Positions 8,621-19,568 are shown, numbered from the stretch's first letter. The stretch: 64,000 nt of DNA from an uncultured Bacteroidota bacterium (GCA_963703215.1 OY969800.1:3151297-3215296), one strand, 5' to 3'. Notes: generated by a model not told the origin, from the sequence alone. Translations and numbers: made by a program.

Positions 8621-9787
8621 TTGATCTCTTCATTTCCAAAGCAATGTTTGCATTTGTCCATGCACTTAATTAGAATAGCGATTAGAAATTGGTCCATTCG
8701 TTCTAACAGGAGCAGAAATCAAACCGTGAGAGAAGCTGATATTAGAACTTTCATTAATGATCTCATTTTTTTGTTGCCCTTGCTTTCCCTGACTATCATC
8801 GGCGCGCCAGGTTGCAGCAAGAATAATCCGACCACATCAGTGCGGGTCAGCGTTCCTATCACGGGAATCGTCGTCGATTCCACAACTAATATTCCGGTTC
8901 CATTTGCGACCGTCGAATTAGGTTCCTCGGGGGTCACAACTTCGTCCATGGGAACATATTCATTCTCATATTCGCAAATTCAATCCGGCACTTATACGAT
9001 AAAAGTAGTGGCGAACGGCTACTACGCAGCTTCAAAACAGATCCAGGTTATTTCTGATACCACACAGATTGTTGACTTCGCCATTAAAGCGCTGCAAGAT
9101 ACGATCAACCTGAGCGCCATGGCCGATGCGCATTCTTATTCGTTCCATAAATTTAGTTTCGACAGTCTACCGGCTGTCCAATGTACGAATGGTATCATGA
9201 GCCATGATGTGAAAGTTACTGTTCAGTTAGATGAGGTCCCGCAGCCTGTTCGCGTTATTGTTGTTGATCCGAGAGGTTCTTACGAATTTGAACAGGACAC
9301 CGCCAAGATCGGCTTCTCGCAAGCGTTCTTAAGTTATCTGTGCGGGGATTTGGTGCTAGTGGTTTACAATTGGAGCGCAACGCAAGTAACTTATTCGGAA
9401 AAGGTCATCCTGGACTTTAGTAATTATCCTATCTCAAGCGATACAGTTCCGACAAATGTCATGGTGCCATTCGATTATCCATCCATAGCTTCGGATAGCA
9501 GTGCGTCATTCTCAAGATTTCTGGAAGCCAACATGGGTTATCAATTACGCATGGTCGTTCTCGGCGGTTCAAACAACGACATCCACTTAGTTATTTATGA
9601 TCCCTCGTCAGCGGCTTTGTTCGATCAATCTGTCAACAACGGTTACGTTTCGCAAACATTTACTGCGGCAAAAGACGGTTTCTATACATTCAAATTTTCC
9701 AACGGGTCATCGGTTGTTCCAGCAAGAATAGTATCGGGGGTCACTTCCAGCAGATCAGTTTCAGGAATTCTGGTAATAAGCCATTAA
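8621..9787 (+). CDS. secreted or lipoprotein with a carboxypeptidase-regulatory-like (CarboxypepD_reg) domain; rest unknown
   Basis: The sequence ...LLSLTIIGAPGCSKNN (lipobox-like) is followed by ITGIVVDSTTNIPVPFATVELGSSGVTTSSMGTYSFSYSQIQSGTYTIKVVANGYYA, which is the CarboxypepD_reg pattern. The true start is uncertain and may be GTG 8726. Confidence 0.55.
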   Translation: MISSFPKQCLHLSMHLIRIAIRNWSIRSNRSRNQTVREADIRTFINDLIFLLPLLSLTIIGAPGCSKNNPTTSVRVSVPITGIVVDSTTNIPVPFATVELGSSGVTTSSMGTYSFSYSQIQSGTYTIKVVANGYYAASKQIQVISDTTQIVDFAIKALQDTINLSAMADAHSYSFHKFSFDSLPAVQCTNGIMSHDVKVTVQLDEVPQPVRVIVVDPRGSYEFEQDTAKIGFSQAFLSYLCGDLVLVVYNWSATQVTYSEKVILDFSNYPISSDTVPTNVMVPFDYPSIASDSSASFSRFLEANMGYQLRMVVLGGSNNDIHLVIYDPSSAALFDQSVNNGYVSQTFTAAKDGFYTFKFSNGSSVVPARIVSGVTSSRSVSGILVISH

Positions 9788-9886
9788 TATTATGACAATT
9801 CCGGTCATCCTCCCTGCGTGCGCTCCAGATCACCCGGTTGCCGGCCCGCAAAAGAAGATGAGCCGCCGCACCAAATTAACTTTTCT

Positions 9887-10576
9887 CTAGAAATGTACCA
9901 CTGAGTTCCCCAACTCAAGTCTTCGCACAACCCACATTCCTGCCATGATCGCATTCACGGTTGAGAACATGACATCAGAGAACCAATGTGCGTCGTAGTA
10001 TATCCTGGATAACGAAGTGAGAATTGCGAGTATGATCCATGCCGACCTCCAAAGAGGGTTCTTGAAAAAGCCCACCATGACAATTGCTAATGAGAAAACT
10101 ACTGCCACATCTCCCGATGGAAAGGAAAGGTGTGCGTTTGGAGCCGTCACGAAAGGAGAAAAAGTAAGATGGCCGTGACCTGCAGCTGGCCTCCACCTTC
10201 CGACAAGAGACTTGAGAATAATCGTGATTGCTCCGGAGTAAAGATACGATTGCAGTATCATTACCCCTCTAATCCGTGTCCTTTCACTCTTGAATATGTA
10301 ACCAATGAAATAAAATCCAATTAGCAAATATAGATTTGCCCAGCCTGTCCCGAACCAACGAACAGACCTACAGACAGAATCTTCTACGAGTCCATGAATG
10401 TTGAAGAAGAGATACCTTATCGGCTCATCAAAGTAAGCTGATACGACCATCATCGAAAGAAATCCTACAAATAAAACCCACTCTCTCTTTTTCCAATGAA
10501 ATGGGAGGGCATAATACTCGCCCCATTGAATAAAGAGACGCTTTAGATCGGATATGACTCTATTATTGGAATGCAC
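9887..10576 (-). CDS. PAP2-family phosphatase (membrane)
   Basis: All three PAP2 motifs are present: KSLVGRWRP, PSGD, and SRIYYDAHWFSDV. There are multiple TM segments. Confidence 0.85.
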   Translation of the reverse strand: MHSNNRVISDLKRLFIQWGEYYALPFHWKKREWVLFVGFLSMMVVSAYFDEPIRYLFFNIHGLVEDSVCRSVRWFGTGWANLYLLIGFYFIGYIFKSERTRIRGVMILQSYLYSGAITIILKSLVGRWRPAAGHGHLTFSPFVTAPNAHLSFPSGDVAVVFSLAIVMVGFFKNPLWRSAWIILAILTSLSRIYYDAHWFSDVMFSTVNAIMAGMWVVRRLELGNSVVHF

Positions 10577-10662
10577 CGGTTTCTTTAATTTGATAAACAG
10601 TTTTCTGATTCTGTACCATTATTCTAGAAGAAGAAGATAATCTCCGAATAAAGAAAAAAAAA

Positions 10663-10693
10663 GATCGACCAAAGGGGTCGATCTTCAAAATTC
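10663..10693 (-). terminator. rho-independent terminator downstream of the toastrack gene
   Basis: On the minus strand, agatcgacc-ccttt-ggtcgatct forms a 9-bp stem and is followed by T8. Confidence 0.7.
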
Positions 10694-10731
10694 AAAAAAA
10701 GAATCGAACTAGTAGTGAAGGATAAGGGACT

Positions 10732-11673
10732 TCAATACCTCCTGACTTTAATTGAGGAAACGCCAGCCTCAAAATCGATGAAGATTTTCTTTGGGGATTT
10801 ATCAAAGTTCGAAGTCTCATACGTCCCGTCGCTTGTTTCAACGAAATCCGGGAAAGACTTGCTCGATAGTTTTGCATCATCCCTTATCTGGCAACCCGAG
10901 TTCTGAGGAACGTAGAGGGTTACAGACGATGCACCAGTATTCATGCTGATGTTCGTCGTGTCTGCCCTGTCGCCAAACCTAATCTTGATCGAAGATGCAC
11001 CACCCTTAATGTCCACTGAAGTTACAGCGAACGGACTCAAATCAAAGTCTGCTGAGCAAGCACCAACATCCATGTTTAAACTCCAGTCAACCTTCTGATT
11101 CAGCTTGATTTCAATCTTGTTCTTGTCGCCGCCGAAATCTCCAAACCGCCAATGGTTATCATTGTCGCCTTCGAAATTAAGATCGAGTTTTGCGGTGGAT
11201 CCCTCTTTCTCTGCATTGAGCGAGTAATTACCGATATTTGATTCTGTGGTCGCTTCAAACAACTTATCGGTGGTATCCTTCAGATAGAATGATCCTGCTC
11301 CATTGCTCATTGAAAGCTCGGCATTGCGAACGTCTTTACTGAATCCCTGACTGAATTCTTGAAGTCGAGTTGAACTTTCATGTCGATGAAATATTCCGCG
11401 GAAATTTCCCCAGCCGACTGAGGCAACCGAGAATATCCACGCCAATACTAATATCGCAGTAACTGCGTACAAAACTGCTTTAAGCTTTGTATTCGTGGCG
11501 AGTACAGATATCCCAGCGAACACTAACAATACAGGCCAGAGACGGAAGATAAAGTGCCAATCAAGCGACAGCACATCGAAGTTTGACAGGAAGAGCGCTA
11601 AGCCAAGAAGTACAATTAGTAATCCGGCAAAAATTCTACTTACTTTCATGGCTCCCTCCACGGTCTTCCGCAC
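10732..11673 (-). CDS. membrane protein with LiaF/toastrack-like C-terminal domain
   Basis: 313 aa. It has N-terminal TM segments followed by a beta-rich domain. It overlaps the end of the upstream PspC-domain gene, and this pairing is typical of envelope-stress modules. The family assignment comes from context and composition only. Confidence 0.5.
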   Translation of the reverse strand: MRKTVEGAMKVSRIFAGLLIVLLGLALFLSNFDVLSLDWHFIFRLWPVLLVFAGISVLATNTKLKAVLYAVTAILVLAWIFSVASVGWGNFRGIFHRHESSTRLQEFSQGFSKDVRNAELSMSNGAGSFYLKDTTDKLFEATTESNIGNYSLNAEKEGSTAKLDLNFEGDNDNHWRFGDFGGDKNKIEIKLNQKVDWSLNMDVGACSADFDLSPFAVTSVDIKGGASSIKIRFGDRADTTNISMNTGASSVTLYVPQNSGCQIRDDAKLSSKSFPDFVETSDGTYETSNFDKSPKKIFIDFEAGVSSIKVRRY

Positions 11674-12112
11674 GGTGAATCGAATTCATGATCAGTCCAA
11701 TTCCAATCGCAACCAAAATCAGAGGCCATGTATCCCCAAACCTGAAATGCGGTAAGTAATTATCAGCAAGAAAAAGGCCGCCGATGACTATTAAGATTAT
11801 CCCACCCATGACACTGCCATTATGCTTATGATGTCTGTATCCATATCCTGGATTTTGTTTTTCCCCACTGCTTCCTTCCGACATATTAGTCACTCCTTCA
11901 GTAGTTGTTGTGTTTGTTGCGTACAAGAGTCTTTCCTTTGGTACCACGATCCAAAGAATAATGTACGCGAGTAAGCCGGATGCACCGGCGAGAGTCGCCA
12001 CGACAAAGATTACTCTAATAAAAACAGGATCGATGTCAAAATATTCTCCTAACCCGCCAGCAACTCCGGCAAAGACCCGATTCTTACGCGATCGATAAAG
12101 TCTGCGTTCCAT
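11636..12112 (-). CDS. PspC domain-containing membrane protein
   Basis: The N-terminus LYRSRKNRVFAGVAGGLGEYFDIDPVFIRVIFVVATL...LAYIILWIVVP is the PspC-domain signature. Confidence 0.8.
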   Translation of the reverse strand: MERRLYRSRKNRVFAGVAGGLGEYFDIDPVFIRVIFVVATLAGASGLLAYIILWIVVPKERLLYATNTTTTEGVTNMSEGSSGEKQNPGYGYRHHKHNGSVMGGIILIVIGGLFLADNYLPHFRFGDTWPLILVAIGIGLIMNSIHRAEDRGGSHESK

Positions 12113-12195
12113 ATTCGAACTCCTTTTGAAGAATGCTACGGCATCGGATACAAAATGTTACTGCTGACATGCCTCCTCAACGTTCATCAGTTTGC

Positions 12196-12231
12196 AAAAA
12201 AAAATCCCGACTGACTTTGACGCCAGTCGGG
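12196..12231 (-). terminator. rho-independent terminator of the cold-shock gene
   Basis: On the minus strand, cccgactg-(10-nt loop)-cagtcggg forms a perfect 8-bp stem and is followed by A+T9. Confidence 0.8.
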
Positions 12232-12271
12232 ACCCGCCGAAGATTTCTCTTCGTACGAAGCTCAGACAGCC

Positions 12272-12472
12272 TTAGACTTTTCTAACTTTGGCTGCTTGCA
12301 ATCCCTTGGGGCCTTGCTCAACTTCGAATTCGACCTTGTCGCCTTCTTTCAAAGTCTTGTAACCTTCACCGATGATGGCTTTGAAATGAACGAACACGTC
12401 CTCTCCGCCTTCGCGAGAGATGAAGCCGTATCCCTTGGTTGCGTTGAACCACTTTACGGTTCCTTGCTCCAT
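12272..12472 (-). CDS. cold-shock protein, CspA family
   Basis: [33 protein letters not shown]... contains the RNP1 (KGYGFI) and RNP2 (VFVHF) motifs. 66 aa. A long upstream untranslated region is typical of csp genes. Confidence 0.93.
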   Translation of the reverse strand: MEQGTVKWFNATKGYGFISREGGEDVFVHFKAIIGEGYKTLKEGDKVEFEVEQGPKGLQAAKVRKV

Positions 12473-12931
12473 TGCTGGATCCTTTCAATAATGTTTCTAA
12501 AAAATGTACCCGAGCCGTCGCGCCAGATGTTCTTGGCTTATACAGAATTGCTAGTGACCCAAAAGAATCTTTTGCAGTCACCTCTGCATATGATGCTACG
12601 CCTCGTGTAGAATCCGTGCAAGGAGCTTGCACACACACATCAACTTGTGCATTGCTCCGCTGTGTCGGAACACGGGGAATTACATCTGCAGCTACAACCT
12701 ATAAAAGCATGATTCGAGGGATCAGAGATCCGGAATCACCACTGCCGCTTAATGACTTTTTTTCTATTTGCGGGATGCCTCCTAAGGCGGCATTTTACAG
12801 TGTATGCGGCATGGCGCCATGGGCGCCATTGGCGCAAACAACGGTGTACTGTTATTTGCGGCTATATGATAGCCTTTCCGTAAGTCAAATGCAAATGGTG
12901 GAACAATAATTTCTTTGTACCCTGGTAGACA

Positions 12932-14839
12932 TCACCCGGACGCGGTACCTTCGTGCCTCGCTACAGCGGTAATGTCTCTTGCTACCCCAAGAATGCCTGT
13001 TATTTTCCCTTCATCGAATAGCGTCGCAGAATTAAACTCAGCAATCCTCACGTCGCCGGATTTTCTAACAAATCTAAATTCATAATGGGTTGGTACAGGT
13101 TCACCGTTTATCCGGCCAGTATAATATTCATCGATACGTGCACGGTCTCCAGGGTATATCAAGAAATCAAACTCCTTCCCCGCCAACTCTTCGAATTCAT
13201 AACCTGACAAATCCAGGAATTTGGGGTTGACATAAAGAATTTTCTTTTCTTTGCCAACGAGAATGACAGCATCATTGACTTTTTGAAGTACGAGTCGATA
13301 CAAACTCTCACTTTGCGATAACTTTTCATACAATATTGAGTTGTGAAGGGCAATTGCAAATTGAGATGAAAATATTTCTAAGGCTCCGAGATCAGATTCC
13401 TTGAATCGCTCACTCCGCCACCTGGTCAACGCAACTACTCCGAGGAGTTCAGATCCATGAACCACGGGCACTGCCAATAGATGTTCCAGTTTTGGTTTTT
13501 CCCCAGTATAATATGACAAGGGGTTAAGATGCGAATTATTTTCCAAAATGGATTTCCGCTCAAGAGCCGCTTTCCCAACTAGACCTTTGCCCAAAGGGAT
13601 CTCCAGCGGAACTGATGATGGCTTCCTTTCGCTTTTTACAACAACTCTCTCAACACGAAGAACTTCTGTATCTCTGTCAAAGAGGAACAATCGGACCAAG
13701 TCAGAAGGAATCAAACTGGCCAGCTTCACATAAATCACCTCGAATAAATTAGTGGGATCGAGATTCTCATGGAGCTGGATACTGATTTCGTGAATTGCCT
13801 TCAACTTCTCAGTTTGCATCAATTGAGAGTTAACACTTTCATTATACTCGAACAACAATGAGCTTATGTGAACAATCGCATCGAAGGCATCGAGCTCTTC
13901 ATTAGTATATTTCTTTCTTGCGTTTCCAACGACTATTCCGCCTAGCAACTCATTGTTGCTATAGAACGGCGCATTGTAAATCGACTCGACGCCGATGAAT
14001 TTCTGGATCATGCGTGCGGGAACCGATGGCATCGTGGTTCCGAACACATCAGCAAAATCATGGCCGACCCACGGCTTTCGCTCGGCAGTATAATGATCCA
14101 CGATGCAATTGTCAGGATCAAAAGGAAAGGTGAAATCCTCGGACGATATATCAAAAAACCTCCTGACAAATCTAAGGAGTTTTCCTTGAGGATAAATTCC
14201 ATAAACTGCAAAGCCATTCTTCTCTTTGAAAAACCTTTGAAGACTGGCGGCCTTCATGTCCAGCTTCTTGACAATCTGTTCGGCGAGTTCTTGCATGACC
14301 GATCTGAGATCCTGCGTTTCGATCATCTTGCGCACGAGTGAGGTCAGTATCTCAAGCTGAAAAGATTTGAATTTGGACTGGCGCCTTGAATCGGTAGCAT
14401 CTCTCAGCAATGTCTTAGCTTCTATCCGTCTGTGCAAAATCATCGGCAGAAGCTTGAGAGTGACTACGGTCAGAGGTGAATAAGAGTCAGCACCAATGCG
14501 CTCAGCTTCCATTGAAACGTTGTCGGAAAAATCTTTGGAAACCAAAACGACCGGGAGAAATGGATCAATCTCCTTTGCGATTTTTACCACCATTGACGCA
14601 TCGCCGACGGCAATGTCATAATCAACAACGAGAACATCAATTTCAGCCTCGAGCAGTTTGGAGGTAAGTCCCACGGAACTGGGAATTGCTTCGACCGAAA
14701 AACCATGGACAGAGGACCGAAGAATCTGCACGATTTTATCCCGCAATTCGGAGGAATCTTCTACAACGAGAACACGCGACTTTTCAAAAGTGCCCTTATG
14801 CATGGTAGTCTTAATCGGTATGGGAAAATAACACCCCAA
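12932..14839 (-). CDS. response-regulator receiver + GAF + GAF + PAS domain protein
   Basis: N-terminal REC domain (SRVLVVEDSSELRDKI...DVLVVDYDI), central GAF-like regions, and a C-terminal PAS domain (YRLVLQKVNDAVILVGKEKKILYVNPKFLDLSGYEFEELAGKEF...). The start may instead be the internal ATG at 14803. Confidence 0.7.
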   Translation of the reverse strand: MGCYFPIPIKTTMHKGTFEKSRVLVVEDSSELRDKIVQILRSSVHGFSVEAIPSSVGLTSKLLEAEIDVLVVDYDIAVGDASMVVKIAKEIDPFLPVVLVSKDFSDNVSMEAERIGADSYSPLTVVTLKLLPMILHRRIEAKTLLRDATDSRRQSKFKSFQLEILTSLVRKMIETQDLRSVMQELAEQIVKKLDMKAASLQRFFKEKNGFAVYGIYPQGKLLRFVRRFFDISSEDFTFPFDPDNCIVDHYTAERKPWVGHDFADVFGTTMPSVPARMIQKFIGVESIYNAPFYSNNELLGGIVVGNARKKYTNEELDAFDAIVHISSLLFEYNESVNSQLMQTEKLKAIHEISIQLHENLDPTNLFEVIYVKLASLIPSDLVRLFLFDRDTEVLRVERVVVKSERKPSSVPLEIPLGKGLVGKAALERKSILENNSHLNPLSYYTGEKPKLEHLLAVPVVHGSELLGVVALTRWRSERFKESDLGALEIFSSQFAIALHNSILYEKLSQSESLYRLVLQKVNDAVILVGKEKKILYVNPKFLDLSGYEFEELAGKEFDFLIYPGDRARIDEYYTGRINGEPVPTHYEFRFVRKSGDVRIAEFNSATLFDEGKITGILGVARDITAVARHEGTASG

Positions 14840-14918
14840 AGGAAACTTTCAAACAGGACCTGTCTGGAAATTTCCTCCCATCTATCTCAATCAAGACGGG
14901 AGGAAATCTACTATCGAC

Positions 14919-15776
14919 CTAACCTAAATACGCCCTCAAAGCCTTGCTCCGTGTGGCATGACGAAGACGGCGAATTGCCTTTTCCTTAATTTGTCTTACG
15001 CGCTCTCTAGTAAGGTTGAATTTTTCGCCGATCTCCTCAAGCGTCAACGGATGCTCCCGCTCGATCCCGAAGTACAGCCTAATAACTTCGGCTTCCCTGT
15101 CGGTCAAAGATTTCAATGCACGTTCTACCTCGGTTCTCAGCGACTCCTTCATCAGGATGTAATCAGGAGGAAGCTGGTTGTCGTCAGCCATGACGTCCAA
15201 CAACTTGTTATCTTCACCCTGAACGAATGGTTGGTCAACTGAAAGATGCCTGCCGGATATCTGGAGAGTCTTGTCGACTTCGTAGAGACTCATGTCGAGT
15301 TGCTCTGCAATCTCAGATGGACTTGGCTCACGCTCGAACTCCTGCTCCAGTTCGCTGAATTTCTTCCCAATCTTGTTCAAAGCTCCGACGCGGTTCAACG
15401 GCAAACGGACAATCCTCGATTGTTCTGCAAGAGCTTGAAGAATGGACTGACGAATCCACCATACCGCATAAGAAATAAACTTAAATCCGCGGGTGGGGTC
15501 GAAACGCTTTGCTGCTTTGATTAGTCCGAGATTCCCTTCATTAATCAAATCTCCAAGCGAAAGACCCTGATTCTGATATTGTTTGGCAACGCTAACCACA
15601 AACCTTAGGTTTGCCTTGATCAGCTTCTCTAACGCTCTCTGGTCGTTCTCACGGACTTTAATTGCCAGCTCAATTTCCTCCTCGGGAGTCAAAAGATCGA
15701 CTTTGCCAATCTCTTGGAGATATTTGTCGATTGTCTGATTTTCCCGAGATGGATATTGTTTACCGACCTTGATCAT
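14919..15776 (-). CDS. rpoD: RNA polymerase sigma-70 family factor, primary-type (short FCB-group sigma A)
   Basis: Region 2 reads [37 protein letters not shown]. Region 4.2 reads [29 protein letters not shown]. 285 aa. Confidence 0.85.
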   Translation of the reverse strand: MIKVGKQYPSRENQTIDKYLQEIGKVDLLTPEEEIELAIKVRENDQRALEKLIKANLRFVVSVAKQYQNQGLSLGDLINEGNLGLIKAAKRFDPTRGFKFISYAVWWIRQSILQALAEQSRIVRLPLNRVGALNKIGKKFSELEQEFEREPSPSEIAEQLDMSLYEVDKTLQISGRHLSVDQPFVQGEDNKLLDVMADDNQLPPDYILMKESLRTEVERALKSLTDREAEVIRLYFGIEREHPLTLEEIGEKFNLTRERVRQIKEKAIRRLRHATRSKALRAYLG

Positions 15777-15943
15777 TTAATTTCCTCATTTGTTTTTCGT
15801 GGCAAACCGGGCTTTGTTTTACAAGTGTCCAATTTCCATTCGCTTTAATGAACAAAAATCTACCGGGTTTTATTCCCGCAATGGTTCATGCGAGCTTCTC
15901 TTCGAAAGCACAATTCAATAAGAACCGCTAGCCACAAGGTGTC

Positions 15944-16141
15944 TTAGGCGTAAACTTCCTTTTCGTTACACTTGCACACTTTAACAAAGTGTTGGTTATA
16001 TTTGTAACTTGCCTTTTCACGTCTTTCAGCAGAAATCACAAGAACACTCTGCATGAGTTCACCACATTTCGGACACTCGGCACCTTTCTTCCCTGCCAAT
16101 GCTTTCGCCGCCTTTTCTGCAAAACTCGTTGTCTTTGCCAT
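15944..16141 (-). CDS. small zinc-ribbon-like protein, unknown function
   Basis: 65 aa with CPKCG...CKC cysteine pairs. The ORF is clean, and its antisense partner is less protein-like. Confidence 0.5.
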   Translation of the reverse strand: MAKTTSFAEKAAKALAGKKGAECPKCGELMQSVLVISAERREKASYKYNQHFVKVCKCNEKEVYA

Positions 16142-16173
16142 TTATTTTCTCCAGAATTTTTATGTGTGAATGT

Positions 16174-17859
16174 CTATAAGATCTTTACGACGTTGCCGCC
16201 GCTGGTGTGGGCGCGCTGTAAGACTTTCTGTGCTGTAATCAGGAATTCCGCAGGCTCATTTTTCCCGTCGATGTTCAGAACTGCAACACTGATGGTAGCC
16301 ATGTGGTTTCGACTGCCAATCTGGTACACCTTTGTCGCTAGATTTTTTCTAAATTTCTCTCCCCACGCAAGAGCCTCATGCTGAGAGAATCCTTCCAAAA
16401 TTACACCGAACGTGCTGGCTGAAACTTTGCCAATAGCATCATAAGGTTTTAACCATCCTTTGATAATGTCTGCAACATCAGAAAGTATGTAATCAATACC
16501 CTCGGTTGAGAAGCGATTGCGAATGTCATCAACTCTGTCCAGTCCTATCAAAACCAATATGCTTTTGATACCGAGATCAGCCACTCTTCCGACTTCTTCC
16601 TCGAGCCTTTCAAGGAAGAACTTCTTGTTCAATGTCTGCGTAATTCTATCAAATACGACGAACTTTTCGAGAAGCTGGTTTGCCGAATTAACCTCAGCGA
16701 CAAAAGCGCCAAGATTCACTAGCTGTTTCATCCCGTCGACTTCAAGTGAAGAAAATTTGCCTGGAGTAAAACTCTCAACAGTTATCGCCCCGAAGCATGT
16801 ATTCAGGCCGGTGATCGGTATCGCCACGAACGATCCTTTACCGGAAGGTTCACTTTGGACAAACCTGTGCTCTTCAACTCTTGAAAGGTCTTCCATGTAG
16901 AGCGACCTGTTTTCTCTGATTGCTTTCCCGGTGAGTGTTTCATTCAATCCGACCTTGCATCCTTCCTCTACGTATTCCGATCCCGAACGTTTCACCACTC
17001 GTGAAACGGTCCACGAATGAGAATCGGTTTGAGAAACGAGCGCCACGAATTCTGCATCCACGGTGTCTGACACGGCCGTCGCCACCGCGGTGAGTATTGA
17101 ATCGACGTCGGTCTTCGAACTCAATTCGTTCGTGAGCCATTTTAGGGACCCAAATGCTGTCTTCGTAACGGCCAAATCATATTTATCGGTAAGTGCCCGC
17201 AGCACAGCAGAAAACAATCTTGTGAAATTTCCGAGGAGCGGCACAGTCTCCCTCCCAAAACCTTCGTCGGTTAAGCTGTCAGCCACCAAGACAGCTATTA
17301 CGTCATCATGAAAAAAAATTGGGACCCCGATAAGGCTCTTCACACCACTCGGAGATTCATAATATGGTACAACGTCTACTTCCGCGGCTGGATTAATCTC
17401 AGATATGATCTCGGGTTTCCCGCTCAGGGCAATTCGACTGATCACATCATTGCCAATCGGAAGACGTAATTCCTTAGTGAAAGCCGAGGAGCCAGTCATT
17501 TTATCCGCGACTGCCAGAAACCTCCGATCTTTGTTAACCCAGAAAAGCGCCGCGGTGTTTGCAAACAAAACCTCTTGAACCAACTCAAGAAGTTTATGCA
17601 GAATCGAATGGAATTCCGCGCGCGGTTCGGCAGGAGACTGTTCTTCTGGTTTGAAGTAAAATGCATCGATAATGTTGAACCGTGGCCCTTCTTTCTTTGG
17701 AACGAACGCGCGCTGCGGCTCGGAATCCAACGACGGTTTTGGCCGATTCACTTCTTTTTCTGCTCTCGCTACCTGAGGCTCATCGTACACAGCGTAGTAC
17801 TCCGAACTGATGTCGTCAAACACGTATCGCTTTACTGGTTTATTTGGTTGTTCGTTCAT
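16174..17859 (-). CDS. GAF-domain protein with a degenerate GGDEF domain
   Basis: The C-terminal 170 aa align by eye to a GGDEF fold (LIGLDRVDDIRNRFSTEGIDYILSDVA...AIGKVSASTFGVILEG). SASTF replaces the GG(D/E)EF motif. Upstream regions are GAF-like. Confidence 0.65.
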   Translation of the reverse strand: MNEQPNKPVKRYVFDDISSEYYAVYDEPQVARAEKEVNRPKPSLDSEPQRAFVPKKEGPRFNIIDAFYFKPEEQSPAEPRAEFHSILHKLLELVQEVLFANTAALFWVNKDRRFLAVADKMTGSSAFTKELRLPIGNDVISRIALSGKPEIISEINPAAEVDVVPYYESPSGVKSLIGVPIFFHDDVIAVLVADSLTDEGFGRETVPLLGNFTRLFSAVLRALTDKYDLAVTKTAFGSLKWLTNELSSKTDVDSILTAVATAVSDTVDAEFVALVSQTDSHSWTVSRVVKRSGSEYVEEGCKVGLNETLTGKAIRENRSLYMEDLSRVEEHRFVQSEPSGKGSFVAIPITGLNTCFGAITVESFTPGKFSSLEVDGMKQLVNLGAFVAEVNSANQLLEKFVVFDRITQTLNKKFFLERLEEEVGRVADLGIKSILVLIGLDRVDDIRNRFSTEGIDYILSDVADIIKGWLKPYDAIGKVSASTFGVILEGFSQHEALAWGEKFRKNLATKVYQIGSRNHMATISVAVLNIDGKNEPAEFLITAQKVLQRAHTSGGNVVKIL

Positions 17860-18020
17860 GTGAGAAATTCAGGACAGGTGAAAATCTATTCATTTTGCGT
17901 AAAATATAATAGAATTCCGACAATATTACCAATTTGTTATTAGATAATTTTTTTAGAGGAAGTCAATGGAATTCTTTTTCAATTAATTGAACAATAAGGC
18001 GTTGGAGTTTAAATTTCTTC

Positions 18021-19568
18021 GTGCTGATTGAGTCCACAAACCCCGCGACCGGTGAGATAGTCGGAAAAGTTGATTCAACAAGAACCGATGATATCTCGCA
18101 AATAGTCTCACGAGCACGACAGGCGCAGAAAGAATGGGGACAACTTTCTAACTCACACAGAGTTAAGCTACTTAAAGAATGCGGCAGAATCCTATATGTT
18201 CGGAAACGGGAGATCGCCGATCTAATTTCGCGGGAGAACGGCAAGCCGGTGGTCGAGGCTTACACTTCCGAGATCATCCCGGTCCTCGACTTGATAAATT
18301 ACTTTTCGAAAAAATCCAGAAGAATGCTTCGCGCCCGGCGCGTGAGGATCGGCATCCCACTTCTCAAAACCAAAAAGGCATTTGTTGCTAACGAACCATT
18401 AGGGGTCGTTGGAATAATATCGCCATGGAATTATCCTCTCCTTCTCCCGCTTGGGCAGATAATCCCCGCACTCCTTGTTGGCAATTCGGTAGTCTTCAAG
18501 CCGTCGGAATACACTCCGGTCGTCGGCGAGACAATTTCGCAATTGCTTTGGGATGCGGGAATTCCGAGAAATGTTTTCAATATTGTTCAAGGCGCTGGAG
18601 AGATCGGAGCTGCTTTGACTTCGTCCGGAGTCGACAAAATCTTTTTCACCGGGAGTACTGCGACCGGCAGAAAAGTATCGGAACTCGCCGCACAAAAGCT
18701 GACACCTGTCTCGCTAGAACTCGGCAGCAAAGACGCGATGATAGTTCTGGATGACGCGTACATTGATTCGGCAGTAAGCTGCGCGATATGGGGCGCCTTC
18801 ATGAATGCCGGGCAAACGTGCGTTTCTATCGAACGATGCTTTGTTCACGAAAAGGTGCATGATCGTTTCGTGGAAATTCTAGAGAAGAGAATAAAAGAAT
18901 TGCATGTCGGTTCTGGAACCGATACTCGTACCGACATCGGAGCAATGATACACCGTGCGCAATTCGAGATCGTCAAGCTCCATGTGGATGACGCTGTCCA
19001 GCGAGGCGCAAAGATCATTGCCGGGGGAGTCTTCTCAAAGGGTGCTGCAGGATATTTCATTCCACCGACACTTTTGAAAGATGTTCCGATGGATTCGTTG
19101 CTGATGACTGAAGAAACTTTTGGGCCAGTATTACCAATCGTTAAGTTCAGCTCTGATAATGAAGCTGTTGAGTTCGTAAATTCTTCTCGCTTCGGATTAG
19201 CCGCCAGTGTTTGGACGCGGGACAAAAAGCGTGGAATGCAAATTGCCAGGATGCTGCAGGCTGGCGCGGCAATAGTGAATGACGTGATAAGCTATTATGG
19301 GATAAGCGATGGGGTCGTCGGCGGTGTAAAGGAAAGCGGCAGTGGAAGAGTTCATGGAAGAGAAGGACTGCTTGAGATGGTTTACCAAAAATATTATGAA
19401 GTTGAACGGATGCCTCGCATGAAAAAGCTGTGGTGGTACAGCTACGACCAAAACACACTTTCGTTTTTCGAAACAGCCACCGATTTTCTTTTCGCGCGAA
19501 GAGTCCTTGATAGAATAAAAACAACATTCAAACTTATACCAGAATTCTTGAGGATAAAAAAGATATGA
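18021..19568 (+). CDS. aldehyde dehydrogenase family protein
   Basis: Motifs present: NPATGE, SPWNYPL, FKPSE, FTGSTATGRKV, ELGSKDA (catalytic Glu region), and GQTCVSIER (catalytic Cys). GTG start at 18021. Confidence 0.88.
   Translation: MLIESTNPATGEIVGKVDSTRTDDISQIVSRARQAQKEWGQLSNSHRVKLLKECGRILYVRKREIADLISRENGKPVVEAYTSEIIPVLDLINYFSKKSRRMLRARRVRIGIPLLKTKKAFVANEPLGVVGIISPWNYPLLLPLGQIIPALLVGNSVVFKPSEYTPVVGETISQLLWDAGIPRNVFNIVQGAGEIGAALTSSGVDKIFFTGSTATGRKVSELAAQKLTPVSLELGSKDAMIVLDDAYIDSAVSCAIWGAFMNAGQTCVSIERCFVHEKVHDRFVEILEKRIKELHVGSGTDTRTDIGAMIHRAQFEIVKLHVDDAVQRGAKIIAGGVFSKGAAGYFIPPTLLKDVPMDSLLMTEETFGPVLPIVKFSSDNEAVEFVNSSRFGLAASVWTRDKKRGMQIARMLQAGAAIVNDVISYYGISDGVVGGVKESGSGRVHGREGLLEMVYQKYYEVERMPRMKKLWWYSYDQNTLSFFETATDFLFARRVLDRIKTTFKLIPEFLRIKKI

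Noticed and set aside
8415-8624. 69-aa plus-strand ORF.
   Set aside because: It overlaps the tRNA-Ser 5'-half fragment, and its translation does not look like protein. I treat it as non-coding.
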